The position numbers and the translations under genes are program-made. From contig JAQWJE010000049.1 in the NCBI GenBank assembly GCA_029248525.1, forward strand, positions 386,535-450,534: DNA of 64,000 bases, in the 5' to 3' direction. Within the stretch, counting starts at the first letter, position 1. Each line of letters starts with the position of its first letter. Below the pieces are notes generated by a model. The model saw only the letters and a list, made by a program, of their open reading frames with translations. It made no database searches and was not told the DNA's origin. The stretch comes from Candidatus Binatia bacterium (lineage in GTDB: Bacteria > Desulfobacterota > Binatia > UBA12015). This document shows positions 48,416 to 57,855 of this stretch, one piece after another.

Positions 48416-49689
48416 GAAACAACGAGAAAATCAAACCTTTTTTTCGGGTGGTCCCCCCGGCGGAGGCGCGGGAGGCGATCGGTCGGATCAACTCGCTCGG
48501 TTCCGAGTTTGTTCCGGTAGAATCTGCGAGTGGCCGCGTTCTGGCCGCGGCCCTGCTGGTTCCCGGCGACCTGCCGACATTCGATCGCGCCCATATGGAT
48601 GGTTATGCGGTGCGGGCCCGGGACACTTTTGGTGCGTCGGACTCCCTGCCTGCGTATTTGAAGCTTTCGGGTGTGGTCGAGATGGGTCAGGCACCCAAAG
48701 AACCATTGCCGCGCGGTTGCGCGATGAGGATTGCTACCGGGGGCATGCTCCCGGAAGGCGCCGATTCTGTGGTCATGATCGAGTACACGGAAGAAGTGGC
48801 GGGGGGGCAGGTCGAGGTCAGTCGGAGCGTGTCGCCCTGGGAGCATGTGATCCGTATCGGTGAGGATATCGCAGCCGGCGCAGAGATTTTGCCGGCGGGG
48901 AGGCGTCTTCGCCCCCATGATCTGGGCGCATTGACCGGGGTGGGCATCCTCGAGGTTTCGGTGGTTCGACGCCCCCGATTGGCCTTGATCGGCACTGGCG
49001 ACGAAATCGTGGATCCTCGAACCGAGCCAGCACCGGGCCAGGTCCGGAATATCAATCAGATCTCCCTGCGCGCGATGGCCGAGGCGGCCGGGGCAGAGGT
49101 CCTGGACTTCGGGATCTGCAAGGACGACCCGGAGGCGTTCGCGAGCGTTCTGGCGCGTGCTCTGGCGAGTGCGGATACGGTATTTGTTTCGGGCGGCAGC
49201 TCGGTGGGCGTCAAGGATATGACTCTCGATGTCATTGCCGGAGTCCCGGAGACGGAACTTCTTTTCCATGGTATCTCGGTCGCCCCGGGGAAGCCGACCA
49301 TTCTGGCGATGACCGGAAACGGATCGGAACGAAAGGCGATTGTCGGTTTGCCCGGCCATCCTGTGAGTGCGTTGGTGATTTTTGCCGTCTTCGGAGGCCC
49401 GTTGGTGCGGATCCTCTCGGGCGAGGCGCCCGCGCTCGCCTTTGCGCCGCAGAACCGTACCCGGGCGAAATTGGGGCGGAATATCGATTCGGCACCGGGT
49501 CGCGAAGATTACGTTCGCGTCCGCGTCGTGGAAGGCCCGCAAGGGATGGTGGCCGAGCCATTGCCCGGTAAATCGGCGGCCATTTTTTCTCTGGTATACG
49601 CCGACGGGTACGTTGTCGTGGATCTGCATCGCGAGGGCCTGGAAGCTGGCAGCGAAGTGGATGTGATCCTGTTCGCAGGGGGGATCTGA
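48412..49689 (+). CDS. moeA: Molybdopterin molybdotransferase MoeA
   Basis: MoeA N-domain, MoCF-binding domain with VSGGSSVG motif, C-terminal domain. 425 aa. Stop overlaps next gene start (TGATG). Confidence 0.8.
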   Translation: MRNNEKIKPFFRVVPPAEAREAIGRINSLGSEFVPVESASGRVLAAALLVPGDLPTFDRAHMDGYAVRARDTFGASDSLPAYLKLSGVVEMGQAPKEPLPRGCAMRIATGGMLPEGADSVVMIEYTEEVAGGQVEVSRSVSPWEHVIRIGEDIAAGAEILPAGRRLRPHDLGALTGVGILEVSVVRRPRLALIGTGDEIVDPRTEPAPGQVRNINQISLRAMAEAAGAEVLDFGICKDDPEAFASVLARALASADTVFVSGGSSVGVKDMTLDVIAGVPETELLFHGISVAPGKPTILAMTGNGSERKAIVGLPGHPVSALVIFAVFGGPLVRILSGEAPALAFAPQNRTRAKLGRNIDSAPGREDYVRVRVVEGPQGMVAEPLPGKSAAIFSLVYADGYVVVDLHREGLEAGSEVDVILFAGGI

Positions 49690-51785
49690 TGTCGAGAAAG
49701 CGCTATTTGAACAAAAAGCCACTGCAGGAGGCTCGGGCCGATATGTTGGCCAGCGCGAGCCCTCTATCCACGCACGAGGTGGTTGGGGTCGAGGGGTCTC
49801 TGGGCCGGATAACCGCGGATGCCGTATATGCCGCGCAATCGGTGCCGCATTATCACGGCGCTGCCATGGACGGCATTGCGATTCGCGCGGAAGATAGTTT
49901 CGGCGCAAGCGAAGGGCGAGCGGTTACCTTTGAACGAGGCGACCCGGAATCTGTCGATCATCCTTTCTCGTACGTCGACACGGGCAACGCCCTGCCGACC
50001 TGGGCCAATGCAGTCGTCATGATCGAGAGAGTGTTCTCCGGAGAGGCCCCGGCGGATGGCCGTCCGATGTTGCCAACCACCGAGACCGCCGTGGGCGTCG
50101 ATGATGGTTGTTGCGGGCCCGACGAGGAACCGAACCACCAGCATCCGGAGACCACAGGTTCGGAGCCGGTGAGCGGTACGGATTGGGAACAGATTCATGT
50201 GCGGACGTCGAGCACTCCCTGGCAGCATGTCCGCCTGGTGGGGGAGGATGTGGTGGCGAGCGAACCGCTGCTTCCTCGGGGACATCGAATTCGACCGTTT
50301 GATGTAGCTGCCTTGCTCGCCGCAGGTCGCCAGGAAGTTGCGGTGCGCCCGCGCCCACGCGTTGCGATCTTGCCGACGGGAACCGAGCTGATCCAGCCTG
50401 GCGATAGTCTCGAACCAGGTCGCGTTGTCGAGTTCAATTCCCGGATGATCGCAGCCTTTGTCGATGAATGGGGGGGAGATCCGGTCAGGCTGCCGCCGGT
50501 GGTCGATGATCCGGAAAAATTGCGGCAGCGATTACTTGCAGCCCTCGAAGAAGCCGATGTGGTTTGCGTCATCGCGGGTTCGTCAGCAGGTGAGCACGAT
50601 TTTACGGCGTCCACACTCGCCGGCATGGGCTCTCTGCTGGCACACGGGGTCGATGTGATGCCTGGAAAGCCTGCCATTGTCGCGAGTCTCGATCCGCCGG
50701 CAGGCCGTCCGCAAATGGGGACGCGGATTGCTCTGGGGATGCCTGGCTATCCAGTTTCTTCGGCGATCATTTGTCGAGAGCTGTTGGAGCCCTTGTTGGC
50801 GCATCTCCTCGGCACAGCAATCGCGGATCGGGTGACGCTTGCGGCGATCGCACCTCGTAAATTGCCCTCGCGTCTCGGACAGGAGGAGTTCATTCGAGTG
50901 ACGCTCGGCCGGGTGGGTGGGCGCTTGCTGGTCAGCCCTCTGCCGCGGGGTGCTGGCGCGATTACCACCATGGTCAAGGCGGACGGTTTTTTGCGCGTAT
51001 CCCCTCTGGTCGAGGGGATCAATGCGGGGGAAGAGGTCGAGATCGAATTGTTACGCCCTCGCGCGGAGGTTGAGGGGACCGTTCTGGTCACGGGCAGCCA
51101 TGACCCGATGCTGGGTGTTCTGGAGAATGTCTTCAAAAAGAATTTCCCCGCCGGAAAGTTGGCGACCAGCTCGGTCGGCAGCCTCGCGGGATTGCTCGCT
51201 CTGGGGCGCGGGGAAGCTCATATGGCGGCGACACATCTCCTCGACCCGGAGACCGGAGTTTACAATCTGCCCGATATCGAAAGACTGATTCCCGAGGTGC
51301 CGGTGCGGATCCTTACCCTCGCCGTGCGGGAGCAGGGCTTGCTGGTGCCCAGAGGCAATCCGCGAGAGTTGTCCGGCATTGCGGATCTGGCAACGACGGA
51401 CGTCCGTTTCGTGAATCGCCAGAGGGGTGCTGGTACGCGTGTTCTACTCGATTTTCATTTGGATCGCGCCGGCATCGATCCGGATGAAATCGACGGCTAC
51501 GACCACGAAGTCTTTACGCATACTGCGGCTGCGGTGGCTGTTTCCAGTGGCCTTGTGGATGTCGGATTAGGAGTCCGCTCAGCTGCTGTCGCTTTGGGCC
51601 TGGACTTCATTCCGGTCGACCAGGAGGATTATGATCTGGTCTTGCGAGAGGACTTCGCGGCATCGCCGGTGGGCGAGGCTCTCTGCGAAGTGTTGCGGAG
51701 CGAAGATCTTCGTCGCGAGATCGGCGCGGTACCCGGTTATCAGACCTCCAGTACGGGGACCGAGAAGAAACTGACCGCACTGTAG
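49689..51785 (+). CDS. MoeA-like protein fused to C-terminal periplasmic-binding-like (molybdate-binding, COG1910-like) domain
   Basis: N-terminal ~400 aa MoeA-like (IAGSSAGEHD motif). C-terminal ~250 aa resembles PBP-type molybdate/tungstate-binding domain. 698 aa. Confidence 0.65.
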   Translation: MSRKRYLNKKPLQEARADMLASASPLSTHEVVGVEGSLGRITADAVYAAQSVPHYHGAAMDGIAIRAEDSFGASEGRAVTFERGDPESVDHPFSYVDTGNALPTWANAVVMIERVFSGEAPADGRPMLPTTETAVGVDDGCCGPDEEPNHQHPETTGSEPVSGTDWEQIHVRTSSTPWQHVRLVGEDVVASEPLLPRGHRIRPFDVAALLAAGRQEVAVRPRPRVAILPTGTELIQPGDSLEPGRVVEFNSRMIAAFVDEWGGDPVRLPPVVDDPEKLRQRLLAALEEADVVCVIAGSSAGEHDFTASTLAGMGSLLAHGVDVMPGKPAIVASLDPPAGRPQMGTRIALGMPGYPVSSAIICRELLEPLLAHLLGTAIADRVTLAAIAPRKLPSRLGQEEFIRVTLGRVGGRLLVSPLPRGAGAITTMVKADGFLRVSPLVEGINAGEEVEIELLRPRAEVEGTVLVTGSHDPMLGVLENVFKKNFPAGKLATSSVGSLAGLLALGRGEAHMAATHLLDPETGVYNLPDIERLIPEVPVRILTLAVREQGLLVPRGNPRELSGIADLATTDVRFVNRQRGAGTRVLLDFHLDRAGIDPDEIDGYDHEVFTHTAAAVAVSSGLVDVGLGVRSAAVALGLDFIPVDQEDYDLVLREDFAASPVGEALCEVLRSEDLRREIGAVPGYQTSSTGTEKKLTAL

Positions 51786-51840
51786 CTCCGGATCCGGAGC
51801 TACAGTGCGGGGCTTGCTCCGGATCCGGAGCTACCTTGTG
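51780..51840. repeat. Two tandem copies of a GC-rich palindromic element (REP-like) between convergent genes
   Basis: CTGTAGCTCCGGATCCGGAGCTACAG (perfect 26-bp palindrome overlapping the moeA-fusion stop). A second near-copy ttGCTCCGGATCCGGAGCtacc ~10 nt downstream. Confidence 0.6.
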
Positions 51841-51847
51841 GTGCTTG

Positions 51848-54841
51848 CTACTTCAGGCACTGCAGCTTGAGACGGTCTCCGTCCCGCTTCTTGGAACCCG
51901 CTACGGAGACTTTGGATGCGATCACCAGTTTTGATCCGCGTGGGACATCCACCAGCATCGCCTTCGTGCAGCTTTCTTCGCTGGTGTTCAGCAGCGTGCC
52001 GTCGTTGAGTCCCTCGAGCAAGCTGGCTCTCGCGGCCAGATCGATCGCCTTTCGGGAACGTGCGGCCGGACGTTTGAGATCGATCTCGCTGACCGCTTGT
52101 GCGGGGCAGCTGATGCGCTCATCGGCACCACCGAAGCAGCCCCAGAGCCGGAACTGGCAACCCGGCGCGGCAAGATCAAAGTCGCAGGTTGCATCGCCCT
52201 GAGCGCAGATAGCGATAGGTCTGGGGAGCCCATTCCGCGCGATGGGGACCCCACCGGGTCCGGTTTCCACGACCCATTCGGCAGCGCAGTCAGTTTTGCT
52301 CGAGCCACCGCCGGGGATTCTCAGGTCGGTGGGTGCGATCTCGCAAGTGAGGTTACAGCGACTGCTCTCGGTGCCGTTCAGGTCGCCGTCATCGCATTGC
52401 TCCCCGCACTCGAGGGTACCGTTGCCGCAAACCTCGACGTTGCAGGTATTGGAACAACCATCGCAGGAGTCGAGATTACCATCATCGCAACGTTCGCCAA
52501 TCTCGAACGCGCCGTTGCCGCATACAGCATCATTTCGCAGACAGGCGAGATTGATCTTGTTGCCGACCACCGAGCGGCCGCCGGCATCCCGGGCACCTAC
52601 ACTCAGCGGTTTGGCCGCCAGGGAGCGACCGCCAACCGGGACTACGAACTCGAACGAATTCGTGCAGAGGCCGTCCTCGGGCAGATTGGGTCCATTCTGC
52701 AAAGTGGTCGTTCCGGATTTCACGGTCCCACCCAGACCGGTGAGTGCTGACGCGACCACAGCGGCATTGCTCAGGTCGACGGGATCCCGGCCGAAGCCGA
52801 CTCGCGGCTTACGCAACTTGGCAAAGACAATGGGCTCTGCGTCGCAGAGCGGTTTCTCGGGATTATTGACACCGAGGCAGGCACTGACCTCCCAGGCACA
52901 GGAATTGTTGATCACGCCATCCTGATCGCAAATGGGATCCCCGTCGGTACACGACTGTTCGTTATCGGGGTTGCCGTTGCGATCCAGTGCCGGGTCCGCT
53001 GTGACGAGGTCCCACTGGACCAGGCAGCCGTTGCGGGCCTTGGTCCCGGGGATGCGAATCCCGTCTACGCCGGTTGGCTGACACGTGTCTTCGCAGCCAT
53101 CATCATTGTCGAGATTCCCATCGTCGCAGGATTCGTTGCATTCAAGAATACCATCGCCGCAGAGATCGTCGATTCGACTACAGTCGGAACTGCAACCGTC
53201 ACAGTTCCGGATGTTGCCATCGTCGCAAACCTCGCCCTCATCGGTCGTGCCGTCGCCACACGCACTCGCGCATTCCGGGAGCACGACCGGCGGCTGCGCC
53301 CCATCGAGAGAGGGGTCGGAGACGGGTGTAATTATCGGATCCGAGCCGTTGTCGGCGCTGATATTGCCGGTGATGGTCGGTTCCACGGTGTCGTAGATCA
53401 AAACATTTGCATACGAGGCCAGCATGGTGCCGGCAATCGTGATGGCTCCCCGGGCCCGGATCTCGTTGACGCCAAGTCCTTGGTAGACAAAGCCGGCCCG
53501 GGTATCGATCTCGGCGCCTGCCGCCACATTGACGGAACAGCCGGAGAGAAGGACCATACCGCCGAGGCCATCGCGCCCAGTGCCTTCGGCATCGAGCTCT
53601 CCAAGGATCTCTGTGCCTCCACCCGAGAAAATTTCCACAAATCCGCCACCTCCCGGGGAGGTCAGATCGGCATCCCGGATGATGCTGTTTCCGGTCGCTG
53701 CGATGGAGATGCCACCGCCACTTCCGTAGCTGCCGCCAGCGCGCAGGGAGAGTGAACTGCCGGGATGCATGGTGACACTGCCGCTGGTAGTGATATCGAC
53801 TTCACCGCCAAAGCACTGGGTGCCGCCCTGGAATCGTAGCTCGGAGCGTAGATCGATATCTCCGCCCGATTCAATCGTGAGTGGTGAGCCGTCCCCGCAA
53901 TTTTCGTCGGCACCAGCCCCGCCCTTGCCGTTCATGATCCCGGAAATATCGACAAAGCCTGCGGGAGCGGAAAAGTCGATGGAACCGGCTTCGCCGTCAG
54001 GACCGCCGCCGGAGGCCTCGATCTCTCCGTTGAAAATGATGTTCCCGCCCGTGCTGCTGAAGAAGATCGGTCCGCCGCCGTATGCGCCGCCTTGTGTGGT
54101 GATCTCGCTACTCACAACGAGGTCGCCGCCCGCATATGCGGAGAAGTCTCCGCCTGCGGAGTCCGCGCCAGAGGCATTGAGAATCATCTCGCCGGATAGT
54201 GTGATCGGCCCGGAGGCATCGATTGAAATCACCCCTCCCTGCGCATCGGCGCCGGTGGCGGAGGAGCGCAGCTCGCCGGCTGCGGTCACGGCGCTGCCGG
54301 GAGTTTCCAGAGCCTTGATGTAGATCGAGCCCGCGTAATTGTCACGGACGTCAATGATACTCCCGACCTCAAGGGAGATGTCTCCCGCGAGGGCCTCCAG
54401 GTCGACACGAGATTGCGCCCCATTGCCGTCAATTTCAGCACCGCTGCGCATCGTAATCGTTCCGGCTTTGAAGGTGATGCGCCGGAGGACCGGATCAGGC
54501 AGAGACTCGATCGTGACTTTGGCCGAAGCCGCGAAGACCAGGTCGGTCTCTGCGCCAAATTCCAGAACGGAGCCGGCATCGATGGTGACGGCGCTGCTGA
54601 TTGTACAGGGGTTCCCCGTGCACAGTTCGCTGGCTTCCGTGGCCAAGCCGGTTCGTGGCAGCAGGACAAATAGAGAAAGAAGGCAAATTTGAGCAAATGA
54701 TTTCAAGGGAACCCCTCCCAGGGATAAATTTTGGGGATTTTGTGTGCGATCCAACCGGATCTGGTTTGCCTGATTCAAGTTTCTGTCCGGGGCCACAAGC
54801 CAAGCCAACCCTGAAATTATCATGGGTTCCAAAAAAAGCAC
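51848..54841 (-). CDS. Large secreted protein: glycine-rich beta-helix-like N-terminal region plus Myxococcus-type cysteine-rich repeats
   Basis: 997 aa. N-terminal half is G/S/D-rich with periodic repeats (beta-helix-like). C-terminal half carries repeated CDDGN...CDGCS...C modules matching Myxococcus cysteine-rich repeat. N-terminal start and signal peptide position uncertain. Confidence 0.6.
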   Translation of the reverse strand: MLFLEPMIISGLAWLVAPDRNLNQANQIRLDRTQNPQNLSLGGVPLKSFAQICLLSLFVLLPRTGLATEASELCTGNPCTISSAVTIDAGSVLEFGAETDLVFAASAKVTIESLPDPVLRRITFKAGTITMRSGAEIDGNGAQSRVDLEALAGDISLEVGSIIDVRDNYAGSIYIKALETPGSAVTAAGELRSSATGADAQGGVISIDASGPITLSGEMILNASGADSAGGDFSAYAGGDLVVSSEITTQGGAYGGGPIFFSSTGGNIIFNGEIEASGGGPDGEAGSIDFSAPAGFVDISGIMNGKGGAGADENCGDGSPLTIESGGDIDLRSELRFQGGTQCFGGEVDITTSGSVTMHPGSSLSLRAGGSYGSGGGISIAATGNSIIRDADLTSPGGGGFVEIFSGGGTEILGELDAEGTGRDGLGGMVLLSGCSVNVAAGAEIDTRAGFVYQGLGVNEIRARGAITIAGTMLASYANVLIYDTVEPTITGNISADNGSDPIITPVSDPSLDGAQPPVVLPECASACGDGTTDEGEVCDDGNIRNCDGCSSDCSRIDDLCGDGILECNESCDDGNLDNDDGCEDTCQPTGVDGIRIPGTKARNGCLVQWDLVTADPALDRNGNPDNEQSCTDGDPICDQDGVINNSCAWEVSACLGVNNPEKPLCDAEPIVFAKLRKPRVGFGRDPVDLSNAAVVASALTGLGGTVKSGTTTLQNGPNLPEDGLCTNSFEFVVPVGGRSLAAKPLSVGARDAGGRSVVGNKINLACLRNDAVCGNGAFEIGERCDDGNLDSCDGCSNTCNVEVCGNGTLECGEQCDDGDLNGTESSRCNLTCEIAPTDLRIPGGGSSKTDCAAEWVVETGPGGVPIARNGLPRPIAICAQGDATCDFDLAAPGCQFRLWGCFGGADERISCPAQAVSEIDLKRPAARSRKAIDLAARASLLEGLNDGTLLNTSEESCTKAMLVDVPRGSKLVIASKVSVAGSKKRDGDRLKLQCLK

Positions 54842-54880
54842 AAGGCTTTAATTCGCAGCCCTGTAGAGGGTGCTATGTGC

Positions 54881-55459
54881 TCAGGTATGCATCCGGGGCA
54901 AGTGCTTCGGCATCCGGGAAAGCACCTCAGCCTCATGCTCTGCCAAAGTGCGGAGTCGTTCGGAAACGTCGTGATCTCCGGCGATTTCCTCAGCCAGAGT
55001 CACATAAGATCTGTGATGTCGGGCCTCGCTGGCCAGGAGGCCACGATAAAGATCTCGCAACTCCGGGTCGTCGAGATGATCGGCGAGCAATTTCATGCGC
55101 TCGCAGCTTCGTGCCTCGATCAAGGCGAGACAGAGCAGGGTGTCGAGGAGCCGATCCGGCTCGCGGGTGCGGACGGCGGCCAGTAATTCCCCGGCGTAAG
55201 GGCTCGCTTTTTGCCTCTGAAAAGTCATGCCGAGACGAGATAGATGGCCCAGAACTGTCTCGAAATGAGCGAGTTCTTCGCGCGCCAGACGTGCGAGAGG
55301 AATTTGCAGCGGTTCCAGATGAGGGTAGCGAAAGAGCAGCCTGATGGCGGTCGAGGCCGCCTTCTTTTCGCAATGCGCGTGGTCGACCAGAACCTCTTCC
55401 ATTTGGAGAGAGGCCCGGTCGACCCAGGCGCGATCGGTTGCGGATGCCAGATTCAGCAT
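54881..55459 (-). CDS. miaE: tRNA-(ms2io6A37)-hydroxylase
   Basis: LVDHAHCEKKAASTAIRLLFRYP is the conserved MiaE diiron signature. Start at Met 55459. 192 aa. Confidence 0.7.
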   Translation of the reverse strand: MLNLASATDRAWVDRASLQMEEVLVDHAHCEKKAASTAIRLLFRYPHLEPLQIPLARLAREELAHFETVLGHLSRLGMTFQRQKASPYAGELLAAVRTREPDRLLDTLLCLALIEARSCERMKLLADHLDDPELRDLYRGLLASEARHHRSYVTLAEEIAGDHDVSERLRTLAEHEAEVLSRMPKHLPRMHT

Positions 55460-55488
55460 CGTGTCGTGTCGGCTTTCATGCCGACATC

Positions 55489-56202
55489 TTACTTGGTGGG
55501 ATCGGGAGTCACCACCTTCTCCGGCGCGACAATTTCGATCAGCTCGACATCGAAGATCAGCGTCGCTCCGGGCTGAATGCTGGGCGGCGCGCCACGGTCG
55601 CCATAAGCAATATCCGAGGGACAGACCAGCGTCGCTTTGCCCCCAGCCTTCATCTTCTGCACACCCTCGGTCCAGCAAGGAATCACGCCGTTGAGAGGGA
55701 AGGTTGCCGGAGTCCCTCTCTCGACCGAGCTGTCAAATACGGTTCCGTCGAGAAGTTTCCCGGTGTAGTGAACCTTGACGCGGTCGGTGGCGGCAGGCTG
55801 AGCTCCCGTCCCGGCCTCGACGCTGGTGAAGATCAACCCGGAATCTGTTGTCTCGGCGCCGGGTGCTTTTGCGGCTTTGGCAAGATACGCCTTCCCGGCG
55901 TCCTTCTCCTTTGCGGCACGCGCGGTGCTGCGCTCCTGCGAAATTGTTCGCAACTGGTCACGGAACGCATTGGGATCCACGGCGGGCTCCTTCCCGCTGG
56001 CGCCATCGGCTAGGCCCTCCTGCACGAATTTGAGTTCTGCGGGGGTCAAATCGAAAGCTTTCAAATTGCCACTCATCAAAAAGCCCAAAGCGTAAAACGT
56101 CTTCTGATTGTCGTCAGCCGGAGCGGCTTCTTCCGCGGATGAAAACGTGGGGCTGACGATCAGGGCGAATGCCATGGCTGTGGTGAGGATAAACTTCATC
56201 AT
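55489..56202 (-). CDS. FKBP-type peptidyl-prolyl cis-trans isomerase (FkpA/FklB-like, periplasmic)
   Basis: Signal peptide. C-terminal FKBP domain (VHYTGKLLDGTVFDSS...ATLIFDVELIEI). 237 aa. Confidence 0.8.
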   Translation of the reverse strand: MMKFILTTAMAFALIVSPTFSSAEEAAPADDNQKTFYALGFLMSGNLKAFDLTPAELKFVQEGLADGASGKEPAVDPNAFRDQLRTISQERSTARAAKEKDAGKAYLAKAAKAPGAETTDSGLIFTSVEAGTGAQPAATDRVKVHYTGKLLDGTVFDSSVERGTPATFPLNGVIPCWTEGVQKMKAGGKATLVCPSDIAYGDRGAPPSIQPGATLIFDVELIEIVAPEKVVTPDPTK

Positions 56203-56328
56203 ATGCTTTTCTCGATTCCTTTTCGGGACAGTTGGTTGAACGATGTTTTTTTGACGGGAATCCCCGCGAGATCTTCAAGACTTGCCCAAACACGTTTGCG
56301 GCCGCAAATCGCGCGGCCAAACCAGGAC

Positions 56329-56356
56329 GGAAAAGCCCATTTTCATGGGCTTTTCC
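56329..56356 (-). terminator. Second hairpin (tandem terminator element)
   Basis: GGAAAAGCCCAT-tttc-ATGGGCTTTTCC, 12-bp perfect stem whose 3' arm ends in a U-run on either strand. Confidence 0.4.
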
Positions 56357-56369
56357 AAAATCAGGAGGT

Positions 56370-56412
56370 TGCCGCAAAAGGAAAAGGGCCGGAGCGGTCA
56401 TCGCTCCGGCCC
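56370..56412 (-). terminator. Rho-independent terminator downstream of GT75-like gene
   Basis: GGGCCGGAGCG-gtcat-CGCTCCGGCCC (11-bp stem). On the minus-strand transcript it is followed by UUUUCCUUUUGC. ~70 nt downstream of the stop at 56482. Confidence 0.55.
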
Positions 56413-56481
56413 TCCTCGGTTCTTTTTGGAAGCTGGTGTCCTGCCTCTTGGGCTATGGCCGCAAGCAGCTTCCGGAAAATG

Positions 56482-57579
56482 CTAGCGATCGAAAAGTTCG
56501 GACCAGCGATGCAGTCTCTGGAAGGTTTCCAGAAAATATTCACGGTACATCGGCGGGCAGAGAAGATCATCAGCCACCTTGGTGAAATTGTTCACCAGGA
56601 AGCCGAATACGTCCTGATACATGGCCGCATAGGTTCCGGGCTGCGCCGCGTCCACTCCCGCATCGATCATGCCGTAGAAGTAGGGTGACATCAGGTGACC
56701 GTAATGCTCGCCGTGAACTTCCTTGAGAAGATCGCCTTCTTTGAGGTGAGTACCGACGGGCTCGCCAACTGCAATCAGGTCCTGGCCGCCGCGCTTATGC
56801 ACCAGCGCTTCGATCACATAACCGGCCCAGATATCGTCAAATCTCCAGATCGGATAGCCCTTGGCAATCTCTCGATCCATGGGCATCTGGTAGGCTGCCG
56901 GCAACATGTCGCGATGGAAAGCGAAGTTCATTGCACAGAAAGAGAACTTGGTGGGAACCTTTGGCGTTCCGACTGTGAGGAGCGGCTCGACAAGCTTCAC
57001 ATCGTTTCGCAGCGAGCGATAATCCTCGAACAGATATTTATCCAGTCCGTCATAGTCGAGAACGTTTTTCCAAAGCCCCATGATGCAGGTCATGCGTCCG
57101 GAGACTTCAGTGAATTTCTCTTCGAGGGGATGACGGAGCCAATATGGGAAGCCGCGCGGATAGATGGTGCGCCCATCGTCGCCGAACTCATTGAGGAAGG
57201 AGATGGTGTTGTACCAGCCATCGACCTCCACGTTGGGCCAGGTGCCTTCTGTGCCGACACAGGAGTACGCGTCCATAAAATTGGGTGGGCAAAACACATC
57301 ATCGTCGAGAGTAATCACGACGTCATGGTCGGTGTGTTTGTAGACGTAATAGAACGCGAAGTTGCGGCACGCCGCAGTCTTGTGGGGGATTAGATCATAA
57401 TCCTTACCCATGACTTCCCGCTGGTCGTCGTAGGTGAAGACCGTCATTTTGTCGCGAGATTTCTTGATATTGCCGTCCGAGTCATCGACGACAAAAATAT
57501 CGACATCCTCGGGAATCGCGGCGATGCGGTCGGCCTCGATCGTGCGGATCGAGGGAATAATGACGACGGGTTTTTTCAT
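56482..57579 (-). CDS. GT75-like / reversibly-glycosylated-polypeptide (UDP-arabinopyranose mutase)-like protein
   Basis: VVIIPSIRT, ITLDDDVFCPP (DxD) and YPRGFPYWLR align with RGP/GT75 signature regions (IVIPTIR, TIDDDCF, RGYPFSLR). Start at ATG 57579 with GGAGG RBS 8 nt upstream. Confidence 0.5.
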   Translation of the reverse strand: MKKPVVIIPSIRTIEADRIAAIPEDVDIFVVDDSDGNIKKSRDKMTVFTYDDQREVMGKDYDLIPHKTAACRNFAFYYVYKHTDHDVVITLDDDVFCPPNFMDAYSCVGTEGTWPNVEVDGWYNTISFLNEFGDDGRTIYPRGFPYWLRHPLEEKFTEVSGRMTCIMGLWKNVLDYDGLDKYLFEDYRSLRNDVKLVEPLLTVGTPKVPTKFSFCAMNFAFHRDMLPAAYQMPMDREIAKGYPIWRFDDIWAGYVIEALVHKRGGQDLIAVGEPVGTHLKEGDLLKEVHGEHYGHLMSPYFYGMIDAGVDAAQPGTYAAMYQDVFGFLVNNFTKVADDLLCPPMYREYFLETFQRLHRWSELFDR

Positions 57580-57615
57580 TTTACGGAACCTCCGGGGAAC
57601 ATACTTGAACAGTGA

Positions 57616-57634
57616 TACCTGCGACGCAGGTTTA
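57616..57634 (-). promoter_or_regulatory. Perfect palindrome upstream of GT75-like gene
   Basis: ACCTGCGaCGCAGGT located ~40 nt upstream of ATG 57579 in a 276-nt intergenic gap. Confidence 0.25.
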
Positions 57635-57855
57635 AGAGCCCACAAGATTCCCTATCGGCAGGGCTGCGGGAAAGTCTATTTTTTCTATTGCCGACGATCT
57701 GGGCAAAATTCTCTCGAATTTGGCCGGTTTTTCGTCGGGGCTATCCTTCAAGCAATTGTTTTCACAACGGTTTTGCAATCGCTGTCGCAAACAAAGATCG
57801 AGCGGCCGCAAGCAGATTTTTTTTTCACAGCTGTCTCCATAAGCTGAAATTTTCT

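Noticed and set aside
48229-49908. 559-aa minus-strand ORF
   Set aside because: Antisense to the nitrilase and moeA genes, which have clear motifs. R/P-rich.
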